A stretch of DNA of 64,000 nucleotides from Bigelowiella natans CCMP2755 (Eukaryota > Protista > Cercozoa). The stretch spans positions 62,001-126,000 of the forward strand of contig ADNK01001509.1 of assembly GCA_000320545.1 (NCBI GenBank), written 5' to 3'. Numbering within the stretch: the first letter of the stretch is position 1; every line of letters starts with the position of its first letter. Of the stretch, positions 22,933-37,851 are shown piece by piece. Below the pieces are notes generated by a model that worked only from the letters and a program-made list of their open reading frames with translations, ran no database searches and was not told the DNA's origin. A program made the position numbers and the translations under genes.

Positions 22933-24112
22933 TTATCTTCTGCTCATTTGATGTGTTTTCTTGAACCTCTTTTCAGTTTTGGTTGGTGACATCGCAAACG
23001 CTAGTTTTCTTTTGGGTTGATGATGCAGAGGTCCTGTCGCCACTGTATAGCTGTTATTCCGCTCAACTTTGATCTTCAAGGAAGGAATCTTCCTCTTTTG
23101 TGCAGCGTTTGGCATTTTATCCATCAGGAACGGATGCTGTAGTATCTCCTTCAGGGTCAATCTTTCACTCTCAGGGAGGAATATCTTAGAAAGTAGATCG
23201 GCTAGCGTGGCATCGATCTTCCAATTTTCTTGTAGAGATCGTGCACCTCCGGTGAGGAGTGTATATCGTTCGTTCATTTCAGTGGGACTATCTGTGATAC
23301 TGAGACCAAGCTTTCCTGATGCCATGGCCAGAGCACAAAGCCCCAACCCCCATACATCACATTTTTGGTGGTCGAAAACTTCTCCACAGAATCGTTCGGG
23401 CGGCATACAATGAGACTTGCCTCCTCCACCAAAATCAATCAAGCGCACCTCGGTTCTTTCATTCTCTTTATGTAGCATGACGTTTTCGGGAGTTACGTCC
23501 AGGTGAGAAAAGCCTCGCTCGTGCACGTACATCAGCGCTAGAGTAAGCTGGCGAGTAAATAACCTCACTTCACGCACAGGGATACCGCTGTCAGGGATAT
23601 TGTCGATAAGATCTCCGCCATTGCACCAGTCAACCGCCACTGCCAGCCGTGATGAATTCTCGAGCCAACCCACGAGGTTGACCACGTGTCGCCTTCCAGG
23701 GTGCTCTCTTTGCTTCTCACTCGAGAGCGCTTTGAAGATTTTTATCTCTCTCTCAGGACTTTCACCGTTGTAGTAGTATCTTATCCTTGAACAGTCGGTA
23801 ACCTATTCAAAGCAGGAAAATGATATCAGCAATTTTCAATACTTCGCAGAATAATACGTGTCCACATACCTTCAGGAGGACTCTTTTTTGGTCTGTGAGT
23901 CGAATTGCTTCGTAGGCGCTCCCAAAAATTGTGGGATGGATCTTACTTACAATGTGGTAGTCTTTTGCATGAATTTCTACCGGTAGAAAAATGTCTCCTG
24001 TTTTAGAACGGGGGGAGGGAACAAAGGGGGATAGGTCAGTTACCACTGCACGTGGGCTATAAGTTGATGAGCGTACCTTGATATTTTGGATGATAACTTG
24101 TTTTTTTCCCAT
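22933..24112 (-). CDS. Ser/Thr protein kinase (CAMK-like); complement(join(22933..23802,23870..24112))
   Basis: Subdomains TIFGSAY, VLLK, ESPEREI, HLDVTPEN, IDFG, MPPE, CDVWGLG, ERLTLKEILQHPF. Phase-0 GT-AG intron 23869-23803. Confidence 0.85.
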
Positions 24113-24944
24113 TCATCGAGGAGGGTTTCAAATGAGAAGGAAGACCCTTTAACTTCATTTTTAGTTTCTTCACTTTCTTATCTTCCATTTGAATAACCAA
24201 GCTGCATCTCGGGTCGGAGTCTCTTAGTTTTCCAGGCTGCATCCTCTAAATTTTCCCACACCGTTATTCCTATCTCTTCGTTTGAGATGTTGGAGAAGAT
24301 CAGCTAAATTTCTCCGGTATTTGCAAGGAGGAGGAAGGGGGATAGGGTCTGTGGTACCTTCTTCGTTTATGACACCCGCTCGGTAAGCCGGATGGGAACG
24401 TGCTCGGTTGCAATTTAGGACACAACATTTGCAGTATGATAGTGGAAATGCCTTCGGATTTTATGATAAATCTGACGGATGTTAATAAAACGCATGAGAA
24501 ATAGCACCCATTTTCTCTTTTTCCTGAATGCTGCTCTTTCTCTTCTTGGTGAATCTCCCGGAACAAAACTCTTCTTTAAAACAGCCTCAATTTTACCCTA
24601 TGAACTAAATGTAGAGGATGTCGTTATGTACATTTCGGAAGTATTCTCATCCGACGTTTTACTTATCTTTTCGATAGAGCATCAACGGCAACGTCCCCTC
24701 GCTCACTTCGAATAATGATGACAATTTTAGTGATTCTGGCATGTCAAAGCAAGTCTCTGAACGAAAATGGATCAAATTATTTTTCCGTCTCATCTGTTCA
24801 CTTCGAATGCACCGTGTTTTTCATTTATCTTCTCTGTTTCCGGTCTCTTTTTTTTTCTATGTCGCTTAATCCTAAACGACCAGGAACTTCTGCATTTTTG
24901 GCCTGCGACAACGATGCTCGATTATTAACCGATGTGTGACCAAC

Positions 24945-26609
24945 ATGCGCTCCGAGTGCAGCGATGATCAACAGCGCCCATGCTCCTCGCCAAGCCCCGC
25001 CATCACCAGCATTTCAATTGTAGTTACAGTTCTCCTCTTTCAATCGGGCCAACGTAATTGTTTAGATATGAAGAAAAGGGAAGGCTCGTTGACATCAAAC
25101 ACTACTACTACACTTGCTACTGCAGGTTCTGACACAAATGCTTCGGTTCGTAACTTTAATGGGATAGAGAAATCCGTCCTCAAAAATGGATTGGGATGCG
25201 GAGAAATTGAGGGATGTGGCAGGATTGTAGGCATATCATCTGGTCGTTCAGTATTCTTGCTTTTGCCTCTTAACAAGCTCTAACATCGAAATTAACCACA
25301 AAATGTGATCTGCACACACCTAGACAGAAGCATCTCTGTGCGTCTCGTGGCATATTCATTGCACAGACAGCATTATTTATTGTTATTTCTTATTTGTTGG
25401 TTTCTACATAACCCTAGCCATCGGCGATCGGAGTCTTGGAGCATCATCTCTAGACGTGCTTAGGGGAGGACAAGGTGGAACTCCATTGCAAAGGAGGAGG
25501 AGGAGGAGAAACACCCGCAGCAGCCGGTCAAGAACGAGGCGGCGGCGGAGAGGGAGGAGTATACCGCGCAGCTCATCGGCTTTTGGTAGAAGGCAAAACA
25601 ATTACCCATCATCTGCTGCAAAGAGATCTGGTGCTGTAAGTGCTGTAAGCAGGCCAGATTCCCGACCCAGACAGAGAAGGAAATGGATGAACGTAGACCC
25701 TCCTCCCCCCCTTGTCAACGACGAGGAGGAGGATGAAGCGAGGCAAAATGTCGAATATGCTGAGCTTTTTCCGGACCAGTTTCCCCGAAGCAATTCTGTA
25801 AGCTGTGCAGTGGTGTAGATAGCGAATATGTTCCAACGAATAAATCTTGTAGTTTTGCATCTGTACCGTATAATCATGGATTACTGGGTTGCAGAAGGAA
25901 AACCATTTGGATTTGAGTTAGAGTTTTGGCACTTCTACATTTTTCATTTTCTCACTATCCTCCTCATCATCATGATTATCACTGCGCTACCGTTCGTCGT
26001 TGTTGATAGGGTCTGATATCCCACCCCGGGGAGCATTCTGGAGAGAGGCGCAATGGGGCTACTGCAAGGGGGGACGAGAAAAATAAGATAGAGAAAGATC
26101 AGACAAGAACACACCCACATGAGCATATCGACGCCCCTAGGAAAAGTAACTTGAAAGCCGCTCATAGCTATCCTAACTTCGAGATCCATGCCCACCTTAA
26201 CATTCAGCGAAAAGAAGATTTGCTACATTTCATTCTTGCATTTTCTATTACATCTCCTCCCCTCTTCTCTCATTCTTCATCATCTTAACCTGTTGTTCAC
26301 GTTTTTCACCCCTTTTCTCCCTTGTTTCGATGCCAGTAACTTTCTCAAGCATGAAGCTTCAGCAGTTGTCATCGAGTATGCAGATGCAGCAGGGGGACGA
26401 GGATCAGCAGAGCGACAGCAGCCCTCGTGGTGGTGGTGGTGGTGGCGGTGGCGGTGCAAACGATATTGGCGATTTGCATACGAGCAATGTTCGAGGTGCT
26501 TAATGGAGAGATTACAATATAATAAAAGAATACGGGAGGAGAGAGAGACTGCAGCTTGATATAATCAAGCAACGCGTAAACGAAAATACACACACGCGCA
26601 CACGTACAC

Positions 26610-26647
<38 letters not shown>

Positions 26648-27371
26648 TTGATATATTCCATGCACTGACAGAGCAGAGGATTGACATGTCGGATCTCATT
26701 GACAAAGCAGCCATTCCTGTGCATCAAGCCCATTCACCCACAACCATGCAAGTGAAAGATGAGACGAAGGTGTCACTTACCACGCCATTTCTAAAGAGCA
26801 CGCTACTAATAGGCGCAGCTGTGTCGTCCTGATGATAGGCCTTCTAATATACATGAATAAATATAGAATGCAACGAGACCTGCGGTGGACACGACAGTAG
26901 CGAGGGATGAGAAACAGAAGCGCATAATCCAACAGGTTGTCCGTCCAAGACAACTCTATTTTTTAGTGATTTCAAATCACGAGTTTCACGATGATTCATA
27001 CAGCGAAATGCCACTTTATGACGAGCTTCCTCTTTCTATGATTTGATTTTTGGCTCATAGCAGCAAGAGAACAGAAACGACTTGGGGGAGGAGGAATCCT
27101 CCTCGGTATATGCTCAGAGACGCATGGAGATTCCGAAGGCGTATCTCACCGCTGTGAAGCACCAGAAACGCATAAAAGATGATAAATGGGGTGCTGAGGT
27201 AGGAACATAGATTATCATGGCAGTACAATGACAACAGTATTTAGGAGGTGGGTCAGGGGTGGAGAAGGGGGGGGGGTTCATGAGAAGCGAAGTAGCAGCA
27301 ACACGTATTTGCAGTTGGAGTAATAGTAGTTGTCGAAGAGTAGGACGTGAACAAAGCAAGATCAAACACGT

Positions 27372-27414
<43 letters not shown>

Positions 27415-28231
27415 CACAAATGAAACAAACACACAACGCCTGGATGTGTGCTCGATTCTCATCATCATCATCATCATCATAAAATGGGCTACAGGAGGAA
27501 GATGTCTACGATGATCGCAATAGCGCGATGTTCGCCAAATACCGCATGCAGGCTACTAGAAATCTGTCCACAGCGGGTAATGTAACAAGAAGGCAAAAGA
27601 GGGGGGGGGGGGAAATGACATCAAAACATATTACTTGCCGCTAAGAATATTGCCCCTCTTCCCCACCAGCACAACTTATGAGCTAACACCCGTGTTTTCA
27701 CTTCAAAGCTCCGCACTCCTATATGCCCAGGTCCTCCATTGTTTATCCTCTTTTATTTTCAGGGGAGGCTGCTATTAGTAGCGCTGATTTCCGGCGAGAG
27801 GAGTTATCATCGAAAGAACAGCGCAAATTGATGGCCCTACCTCCAGGAACACGTGTCATGGCTTTAAGTAAGTATTCTATTTTCCCCAGAGAGCGATAGA
27901 AAAATAAAGGGCGAGGAGAGTTAAGAACAATTCTCTCATATACTGACATGAAAATCAGAATTTGTTCTTTCAATCAAGCTTTGGTGAAATGCCTTTGGAG
28001 TATCCTCTCTTCCATTTCGCGCCGTTGAGCTGTCGGTTGCACTCGCTTATGATGATGAAGTATGACGGTTCTTCCTTCTTCTCTGCGTGTGTTCTGCATC
28101 ATCCGCATTGTCGCAGCTTTGTATGACCAACCGGAACGAAACGGACAGTACGGAAAAATAGTGTCATATGAGGCTGACATTGATAAATATGAGGTACAAT
28201 GACTATATCACAACGTTTCTCTTACTCTCCC

Positions 28232-28269
<38 letters not shown>

Positions 28270-30387
28270 ATCTCTTCCTTGCACATGTGGATATGCAGTA
28301 GTTCTCTTTCGAATAAAGCATATCACTAGCCTTCCCCATTCTTCCTTCTTCTTCCTTTTCTTCTTCTTCTTTTTCTTTTCCCTCCCCCCCATCCTCATTC
28401 TCCAACTCCCCCCGCATACTTCAATATACAGGTTTTGATGGATCAGGACTGGAGACTAAACTTTACGATACAAATGTCGCAAGGTAGTAGGGCCTTTTGT
28501 ACTACAGCAAATGTATATACCATCAACAGCATCTTCTTATTATTTCTCCTCCTCTTCTAGATCAATTCGCCCAACGTGTGGAAAACTGTACCCTGCACCA
28601 TGTGCCTCCCATGAAGTACGATAGCAGTGTAGTAGTAGTAGTAGTAGTAGTAGTAGTCGTCGTCGTCGTAGTAGTAATAGCATAGCTGTCTGGACGAGCA
28701 AGTGGAAGATGATCGCGCTTTCACTAGAAATAGAGAAACGCAGTTAGATCATTCTTCGGTGAATGTGGGCGGTTCTAAGATGAGAATACTGATTACAGTT
28801 GCTGAAATCCACGATATAACGAAAACTACTGCCAACATATGGCATACTATTATTACATCATCATGCCGTTGTCCTCCTTCTCCCCCTTCTCCTCCTCCTC
28901 CTCCTCCTCCTCCTCCTCCTCCTCCCTGGTGTGCTTCTACTCACCTACCTTCCCACTTACCTATCTGTCCTCTTCTGCCAGGAGTAAAGAAGTGGAGCTC
29001 AACTTGAACAACGACAGATGTGCAGTGGTGCAGTGGTTTCCCGATTTGGGTAGGAATCAACGCCAGTGATGATAATGATGATGATGGTGGTGGTGGTGGT
29101 GATAATGATGATAATGGTGGCATGGCTGTGATGCGGCTTCGGTACTGCCTCTGGTTTGCTTCAAGATCCCATATCCAAAATTCATCTTGATTTCTTGTGC
29201 AATGAGGTCGATGATGAAATCCATACAAACATATCGTATATTGCCTATCGTTCTTGATGTTGCTTGATTGATCTCTGCATCGCTAAGATATCATATATGT
29301 GTCTACTATTCTTGATCCCCCCTCATGTAAAGATAAATCGGGAAGATATGCTGTTCTCATGTACGATGGAATGACGGAGGGGTAATAGCAGCCAATCGAG
29401 CTGTCATTTAGAAGTTACTGTTGCATCATACTACGAGCACCCTTGCCAGTATTCGCTATGTCGCTGCCACAACTCATCTAAAGTCTTCCTTTTGCTCTTC
29501 TCACTTAGATACATCTTATACTTCCATCCGCACCAAATCAAATTGCCTGTGGGCACGAGGGTCCTCTGCTATTACTACTTCTACTACTACTACTACTATA
29601 TATTCTGCTATTGATGTAGCTACTAGGACTACTGCTGCTGTGATTATGGGAGCTTCCTTCCATTTCTAAATTCTCATCTATCGTCATGTAGTATCAGTGA
29701 ATCATGTCAGCACGAATTCATAATATGTCTTGGGATACGTTTCTTTACGCAACACACATCATATGTATTATTCAACGTTGGTGTGTGTATTTGTAAGCGA
29801 AGACTCTCCTGCCTGCCTCCTCTCTCTTCTGTTACGCGTGTATTGCGTCCTACACATACTCTGCATTATGGTGAGCATGAAGCTTTGAATAAATCATGCA
29901 GGTTAAAATCCGACAGTTGCAACGACGGATCCACTACAATGGGTATGCTATTCACAGCCAACATGTGCTTCATTTGGAACTATTGACGAACGAAAGACCA
30001 GGCCGAATTCCTTTTGTTAAGAAGTGGTTGAAAGATAAATGGAATCAGTTTCCAAAGAGTATTGTTTAGTTTAGAAACTGAAAGGCATTCACTCAAGGCT
30101 TCATCGTCGTTCATTGTCTTCACTCTGCGAAGTTTTGTTATTTGCGAATTTGAGTTGAGATCTGAAGAAATTGTTTAACTTGCATATACAGGAAATGGGG
30201 TTCAGTGTCGCGCTGGATAGAGAGGGAAAGGAGATACCAGGTGAAGCGACATTCATTTTTGCAATACTACTTGAAGGCTATTGTTTTACAGAAAGAGTGA
30301 GTATACTGAATATGATGCTACGGACTCTAGGTTGACATGGGAACAGAATACATTCTAGTGAGACCAGAGAAGGCAATTGCTTGCTAA
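24945..30387 (+). CDS. Multi-exon protein with a low-complexity N-terminal half and three tandem SH3/KOW-like beta-barrel repeats at the C-terminus
   Basis: Spliced exons 27763-30387 give LPPGTRVMALTLYDQPERNGQYGKIVSYEADIDKYEVLMD..., ...LNNDRCAVVQWFPDLDKSGRYAVLMY..., LPVGTRVKIRQLQRRIHYNGKWGSVSRWIERERRYQVDMGTEYILVRPEKAIAC*. The start and 5' exons are less certain. Confidence 0.65.
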
Positions 30388-32789
30388 AAGTAAAAAACGA
30401 ACAACTGTATTTCGTTGCGTGACACCCACTTATCTAAAACTAGTAAAATGCGAGCGAAAGAGCTGCGATCGATGCAATGCCAAGATAAGTGCTGAACGGT
30501 TCGCATACTTAATATATATTTACTCGCTGGTAGTGCCCATGCAACTCTCATAAACTAGTAAATGCAGCTGTTGCTCCCAAATATGTGCTTGTCGGTCACA
30601 TGTAGATATGCATGCACGCGGAGGAGCAGATCTAGAGATGTATAATTATGTAACGGTATGCGGCGCGCAATGCAATCTAGCAATGCTTTCTATCATCTCT
30701 TAACTAGTTAAGTTCGAGGTGTAGCGCATTTATCAATTGGTACAATGTTGCTACGTGATGATGCACATATCGCTATATCATACATGGCAATGTATGTATG
30801 TATGTATGTATGTATATATGTCATGGGGCTTTGAAAAACATATGCAGTTTATGCAATTAACTTGCATATAATATATGGCCTAGATAGATATGTGTGCAGA
30901 TATGTATCGAGTTGGTCATGCACGCGACATGTACCTCTAAGAAATAGATGTATATTCTGTTCCATTCATTGACGTTAAAATATTTTTCATTCTGTTCATA
31001 CAACTGCTGTGCCTGTCCCATAACGGTGCACGCGATGTTACAATTTCACCGAAAGCATCTTGACGTTTAGTTAGCGCTTGATCAAATTAATTCTTAATTG
31101 GAATGAATTGAAGTAATTGCTCTATTCTTTCCACCATTCCATCTTCACAATAGCGTGTGCTATACCGGCAATGAGAATAATCGACATCACAGTGGCGACC
31201 TATAGTGAAAAGGGGGGTGATGCAATTATGGTGTGTTGAATGTAATTTGCTGATGCTAGTCAAAGAGAGGAATTTTGCGATATTATTTCTCTGACCTGTT
31301 TCATAGGAAGATCATCATTCCGACAAGTGATATCTACTTGTGTTGACCGGATCCATTCTTTCATACGGTTATACCTGAATTTAATTCATATTATTGGTGT
31401 TAGTTAGGCCAGAAAAGGGTGAAGAGGAGAGTTCTGAAGGGAAAAACTAGGAGAGACAATATTAAAGATAGGGAAGAGGGGGTAGGAAAGGTAGGAAAGG
31501 CAGGTACACCTGATGACTCCGTATGCGAAGAACGCGAGTCCTGTCATTTGAAACCACACGGCGATAATTCTGTCCATCCTACACGCACGTGTCGTTATCA
31601 TTGGAGAGGGAAAAATCCTTGATTTAGGAAATTATAAATATGGAACCAAATCCCCAACATCTGACAGGGTATGTTTGTCATGTGATTCCCCATTTTAAGG
31701 CCTCACAGGATTCGAATTGGATCAAATATCAAAATAACACCTACCAGGTCTCCGCGGGGAAAAAGTAGGTATGCGCGAAAGCGATTGCGTATCCCAACGC
31801 AAACATCTTTAGCGACGTGCGTACCCTTCATGAAAATAGTAGCGATGATGTTTTTTGTTAGGATAACAAAGTATCCGTAGGATGCATCTCACATTCATTG
31901 AGAGAGAAAAGAGAGAGAGGGAGAGAGAGAGAGAGAGAGAGGGAGGGAGGGAGGGAGGGAGGGAGACCATATGCGTATTTAAAGTCGTATATAATTACAT
32001 CAGTTTACCATGCTAGAAAGGTTCGCTCGTTCGCTAGTTTGGTCTCTGTTACAAATCAAGCCCTCTTTAGTTACAACTTCAGGTACATTCAAATTTCCTA
32101 CGATATCATGTCATTACTCTGTTTGCACGTTTATGTATGTGCTTCATAATCATCGAATCATTTTCCGATTTATATAATAGCTGTTATATGCGTTATCTCA
32201 CTGGCTATCGCTGCAGGGACATGGCTGGAGTAATTCTCCATGCCCGCTGCTCGGAGTTCGAGCACAAGGCGTTCCGATAGGGCTTGAACTGAATATAAGT
32301 TAGAACATATTTTGATAGGGAAATATCTCTTATATTTCATCAACAAGGATCACACCTAACTCATCAATGATGATTATGTAATGAGAAATTTTTATCATGC
32401 ATTAGGTTCATATTTCGATGGAAATATGTATAATTTCAATCTAAAAGTTTGCTACTCGTAAGATTTCCTGATTTCCGAGATGATGTCGCTGTCGATAAAA
32501 AAGCCAGGAGAGACTGCAACACGAATCGTTGTGTGAAGCGGAAATACCTGCTGAGACATGATTCACAGGAACATGCTGCTACGACAACGATAGTGTGGCA
32601 AAAACAGTTTGAAATCTGGACGAATCAAAAGGAATATCAGCGACACGCGTTAGCTACTCATATCAAACACGCAGGAAAGTCTTAAGGTGTTTTCCCTATG
32701 TGCGACTTGCTTCGAAGACGTCAGTCGAAGTTTTCAAACAATTTACAACTTCCTTTTTCCTCCGTGTCGCCTGCAAGTGGATGTTTAGT

Positions 32790-35700
32790 ATGAGCGACAG
32801 GTGCATAATCATGTCGTAAGTTTAGAAATTGATCCGTTTTGGCTCGTTTGCAGAACAGATCTAAAAGGGAGGCACACGCTCCCACCCTTGACTTCCTGTA
32901 CTTTCTTGTGGGCAACCAGAAAAGAAGGAAGAAGAGAGACCAGTGATTCAGAACGGACAGTCGCTCCCACACGGGAATGGTCGGCACTCGGTAAACACTA
33001 TCCTGGGGAAATCGACAGCACTCTTGCATCCTGCTCCCCCTGGTGAGGAAACTTTTGTTAGTCTCGATTGGGCTGCCAGAAGAGATCCGCGATGGGACAA
33101 GACAAGAAGGCGGAAAAAAAGGGGAACGGGGAATATAATACAAAGCGTGAAGATGAACAGGGTCAGTGGTGGACATTAATTGCGTCAAACTTGTAGTTTT
33201 GCGATTGGATATTGAACATATTTGCGGGTCATCATCTCGATGTCGCAAATATATTTGAGTAAATTTTGCACATGAAATAACCTTGAAGAATAATCAAAAT
33301 TTTGGAATTCGTAAGATCGACTGTTAATTTATACATTGTTGTATAGATGCCAGGCATTCGTGTGGAGGAATTTGCAGCTGGCTCCCCTGCTTCAGACCGT
33401 ATCGGGGTGATATGGAGGACATTCGAACCGTGATTTCAAATGCCCCATTTTCTGGAGACCCGGTATCTTGCTGGTATTGTTCATTTTTGTTTCAAACTAA
33501 TATATGTTAACTTCCCCCAGGAGATAGTGTATGGACATGAATTCATGTCCAACTATGTGAGCACAACTCGATATACAGTTTGGAACTTCCTCTTCAAGGT
33601 AAGTAATCAGTAGGGAGAAAGCGAAATTTAAGTAAAGGAACTTATTATAAACTGACAACTAGAATATTATACGACCTACATCCTAAACTCTTGTTGTATG
33701 GGCCACAGAACCTTTACGAGCAGTTTCAAAAGGCTGCCAACTTTTACTTTCTTTTGGTGGCGATTGTCACATCTATACCAGGTGATTCATATAGAACAGG
33801 AGCGAAATTAAAGCTACACAAGCGGCCTTTTTTGCTGATTTTTGTTGTTTCCAGGCGTCTCTACCATTCCTGTGTGGTCAACTGTCACGCCTTTGGCGTT
33901 TGTGCTGGGAGTAACAGCGATAAAAGACGGCATTGATGACTATAAACGCTATAAGGTGACACTTTATGAATTTATGAAGATTTGATAGATTTTTTACAGC
34001 CAGCCTTCCGTTTTTGTGACTAATTACGTATTATCAGAACGATCGAGAGCAGAATCGGAGGCAAGTTGAAGTTTTGATCTCGGGGGAATCTGGCGAGACC
34101 CGGAGAACGAGATGGGAAGATTTGCAAGTGGGCCATGTAATCAAGGTGGTGGCTAGGCTATTATCGCAGCCGCAGCAGCAGTAGCAGCAGTAGTAGCATT
34201 TTATCATAGCCCAGACGCAATCTGAAAACATAGGATTCGTAGGCCTCACATGATCACATTACTCAGGTGAACGAGGGGGGGGTGTTTCCGGCGGACTTAG
34301 TCTTGCTAACAAGCTCAAGACCAAATGGTTCGTTCGATGAGCGCAGAAAGGAGGGGGAGGGGGTGAGGGCCGGGGGTGGATTTCGGCGGGCAATAAATAG
34401 AAGCCACTTTCAACAGTATGTTGAATACGAAGAATCCGGTGTGAATATGTCCCCTCCAAACATTCCCCATTTGTCAGGTGATTGTGGCATTCAAACCGCA
34501 ACGCTTGATGGAGAGACGAATCTAAAGCTGAGGCAGGTATCATTCATCACAATCTAAAGGCTTCCTCAGTTCTCTTTGCATGCATCTGAGACATAAATTC
34601 CTGCTAATATAAGGCATTGAAGGAAACAGCCAAACTAAGCCCTGATGTGCTCGCACGAGAGGGCGAAATTGTAGTTAAGTGCGAGGTAATCACAGTAGCG
34701 CCGAAGCCGTTAGTTTATGCAATACGGGTGTTGTATATGCGTTGTCGTATCCTTCCCATTGACTACCTGAAGTATATGCGCCGAGTACGCAGTATTATTC
34801 ATCCGGAGCTCATTCTCTTCTCCTCGCCCCCCTCCTCCCCAATGACGCATCATCACAGAGACCTCACACGGCACTCTACCAGTTCGATGGCCAGCTACTG
34901 CTTGGAGAGGAGCGGCACTCGCTAAACTCAAACCATCTCCTTCCGAGGGGAGCAATTATGAAAGAAACAAAGTAGTAGCAGCACTTTGTATTTCAACCTA
35001 CTTGTCTGTCAACTTCGGAAGCCGAATATAAGAACTGCGAGGGTGAGGGGGGGGGGGGTGCGTCAAAAGTAACGAATTACATCCATGAATGAAAAGGGAG
35101 CTCTAGTTTTCACAGAGCCTGATTTTGTATCTACGGTATTATCATCTTTCTGGTCGTTCTCCTCCTCCCTCCCTCTGCAGATACGTCTATGCGTTGGTCG
35201 TATACACGGGGGACCAGACAAAGGTAGTAGAATCTGCGCATGATATCATTTGCTAAGAGAGAGAGAGAGAGAAAGAGGAGGGGGGTTGGAGGTTAGGGGG
35301 TTTATAGCAGCATGATGTCGTGCCCGTCGAGAGGAATTTGGCTTATTTTCGCGGGGATGAAACAGAAGAAGGCTAAAATACACAAAGAGGATAGATTCCC
35401 TCTAGAATGAGTATCTTCGCTATTTCTACTGCTCAGATCATGCTGAACAACGACCCCCCCCGCTTCAAGCGCTCGCATATGGATCTAGTCATGAATAAGC
35501 AGATGTGAGACCCAAATCTTATCTTTGTCCTGTGCGCCTGATGTCTTGGTGTTGTTTTTTTAAAAAAATACTCCCTTGTCTCGGATCTTTTATAACCTGG
35601 CGTGTCCCGAAAACAATTTTTAGCAGTTTACGACACTGGAGATGATATTTGCCTCTCCCCCCCCCCCTCCCTCCCGTTTGCTTTTTAGGTATTTGATATT

Positions 35701-37817
35701 CGTTCTTCAGTTCTGTATCGTATTCACGGCAACAGTGCTCAGCGGTTGGTTTTACGTGAATCAAGCCGGAGATCATTGGTACCTTCGCATAGATGATACC
35801 TCCACAAACGCAGGCGCACGCATAGGATTGCGCAACTTCTTTGCCTTTTACGTCCTGCTGAGCGTGATGGTACCGATCTCGCTGTACGTCTCCATGGAGT
35901 TGGTGCGTGTTGGGCAAGCGATCTTTGTGAATATTGATAATAGCATGTGGGACGAAGAGGACGGAAAGCTCGCGTCGGTCAAATCGACCACACTCAGCGA
36001 GGAACTCGGCCAGATACAATACATCTTCTCGGATAAGACCGGCACGCTCACTTCCAACCAAATGGCCTTCGAGAAGTGCTCGATTGCAGGCAAGCTGTAC
36101 GGCGACAACCACGAAGGGAGGGGGGAGGGGCAAGGCCGCGCATCATCGTCATCATCAGGAGTTGACGTGAAGAAAATTGAAGGGAGGAGGATGCAGGTAG
36201 ATGGGAAGAAACAGCGCCCAAACGATGAGCAGCAGGGTCTCATCAACGACCCTCGTGGTGGTCAGCAGCAGCAGCAACAACGATCACCACAACAACCACA
36301 GAAACTAAAGCAGAATACAACTACTACTGCTGCTGCTGCTGCTACTCCAGCCACTCCTATTACTACTGAGACTGCTGCTGCTACTCCGAGTAGAAACCTG
36401 CTGGATTCTGTAGAAATCGACGGAGATCCTCGCTTCTGCAATATGCGTGACCAAAACCTTATATCTGCGCTGGTGGCAGGGGACAAGAGAGCGCGCGACT
36501 ACGTGCTCGCACTCGCCCTTTGCCATACATGCAACGCCTCTCCCGACCCAGAGAGGCCAGGAAAGGTGGTGTATAGTGGGGAGTCTACGGACGAGATCGC
36601 CTTGGTATCGATGGCAAGCTTTCATGGAGTCCGCTTTGTTGAGAGGAACCGCGATAAGGTCACCCTTGCTCTGCCGTGGCCAGCTAGTGAGGACAATAAT
36701 AATAATAATAATAATAATAATAGTAATAATAATACGCCGACGACGGATTCCAAAGGAGGGGGAGGGGCAAGCACCACGTCATCATCCGATGGCAGAAGCA
36801 GCGGTTTATTAGCGGGGAAACTCGGTCGCGGTTCATCATCAGCATCAGCGTCGTCCTCGTCTTCATCCGGGCGCAGGCGGTTCCTCCGCCAGTATAAGAT
36901 ATTGCACGTCATCGCTTTCTCGTCGGATAGGAAGAGGATGAGTGTGGTCGTGAGGTTTCCGGACGGGACGATTCGCGTCCTCACCAAGGGCGCCGACAAC
37001 GTGCTCAAAGCACTCGCTAGCACGGACGAGAGCGTAAACTCGAAGACCATGTGGAAACACACGGATCAGCAGCTTCACCACTTCTCCCGAGAAGGCCTCC
37101 GGGTGATGCTGGTGGGGCAGAGGACGCTTAGCATGGATGAGTATAAGAAGTGGAGCCTGAGGTACAAGGCTGCCTCGGAGTCCTTCGCAGATGCTTCGGG
37201 TAATCGCTCGGACAAAATGGCGCACATTGCCAGAGAGGTGGAAAATGACCTCAAGATCCTTGGCGTGACGGCTATCGAAGATAAGCTGCAAGTCGGGGTA
37301 CCTAGCACTCTCCAGCAACTGAAGAAGGCAGGAATCAAGATCTGGGTTCTTACCGGCGACAAGCAGAACACGGCGGTAAACATAGGGAAATCATGCGGAC
37401 TGATAGGGTGGGGGTATACCCTTTGCTACATCCGAGAGACCGAGAAGCAGGCGTGCCTTCACCAAATGTCCGCACTTCTCGACACGCTCGGTAATGATGG
37501 GCCCTCAGCAGCGTTGATGGTGTCAGGGGACAGCCTCAAGACAGCCATGATGGACGACGAGAACCGCAACTGCCTCTTTGAGTTGATGAATCACCCACGG
37601 GTTCGTGTTGTCGTCGCATCGCGCATGTCGCCGCGACAGAAGGCGGAGGTGGTGACGCTGGTGAAGGAGAAACTCGGCGTGGTGACCCTAGCAATTGGAG
37701 ATGGGGCCAACGACGTCTCCATGATCAGGGCAGCGCACGTGGGGGTGGGCATAAGGGGGAAGGAAGGGATGCAGGCTGCCAACGCCTCGGATTTCGCAGT
37801 CTCCAAGTTCAGGTAGC

Positions 37818-37851
<34 letters not shown>

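Noticed and set aside
31050-32780. Possible extra gene upstream of the flippase
   Set aside because: Only short unconvincing ORFs; could be promoter or 5' UTR exons of the ATPase.
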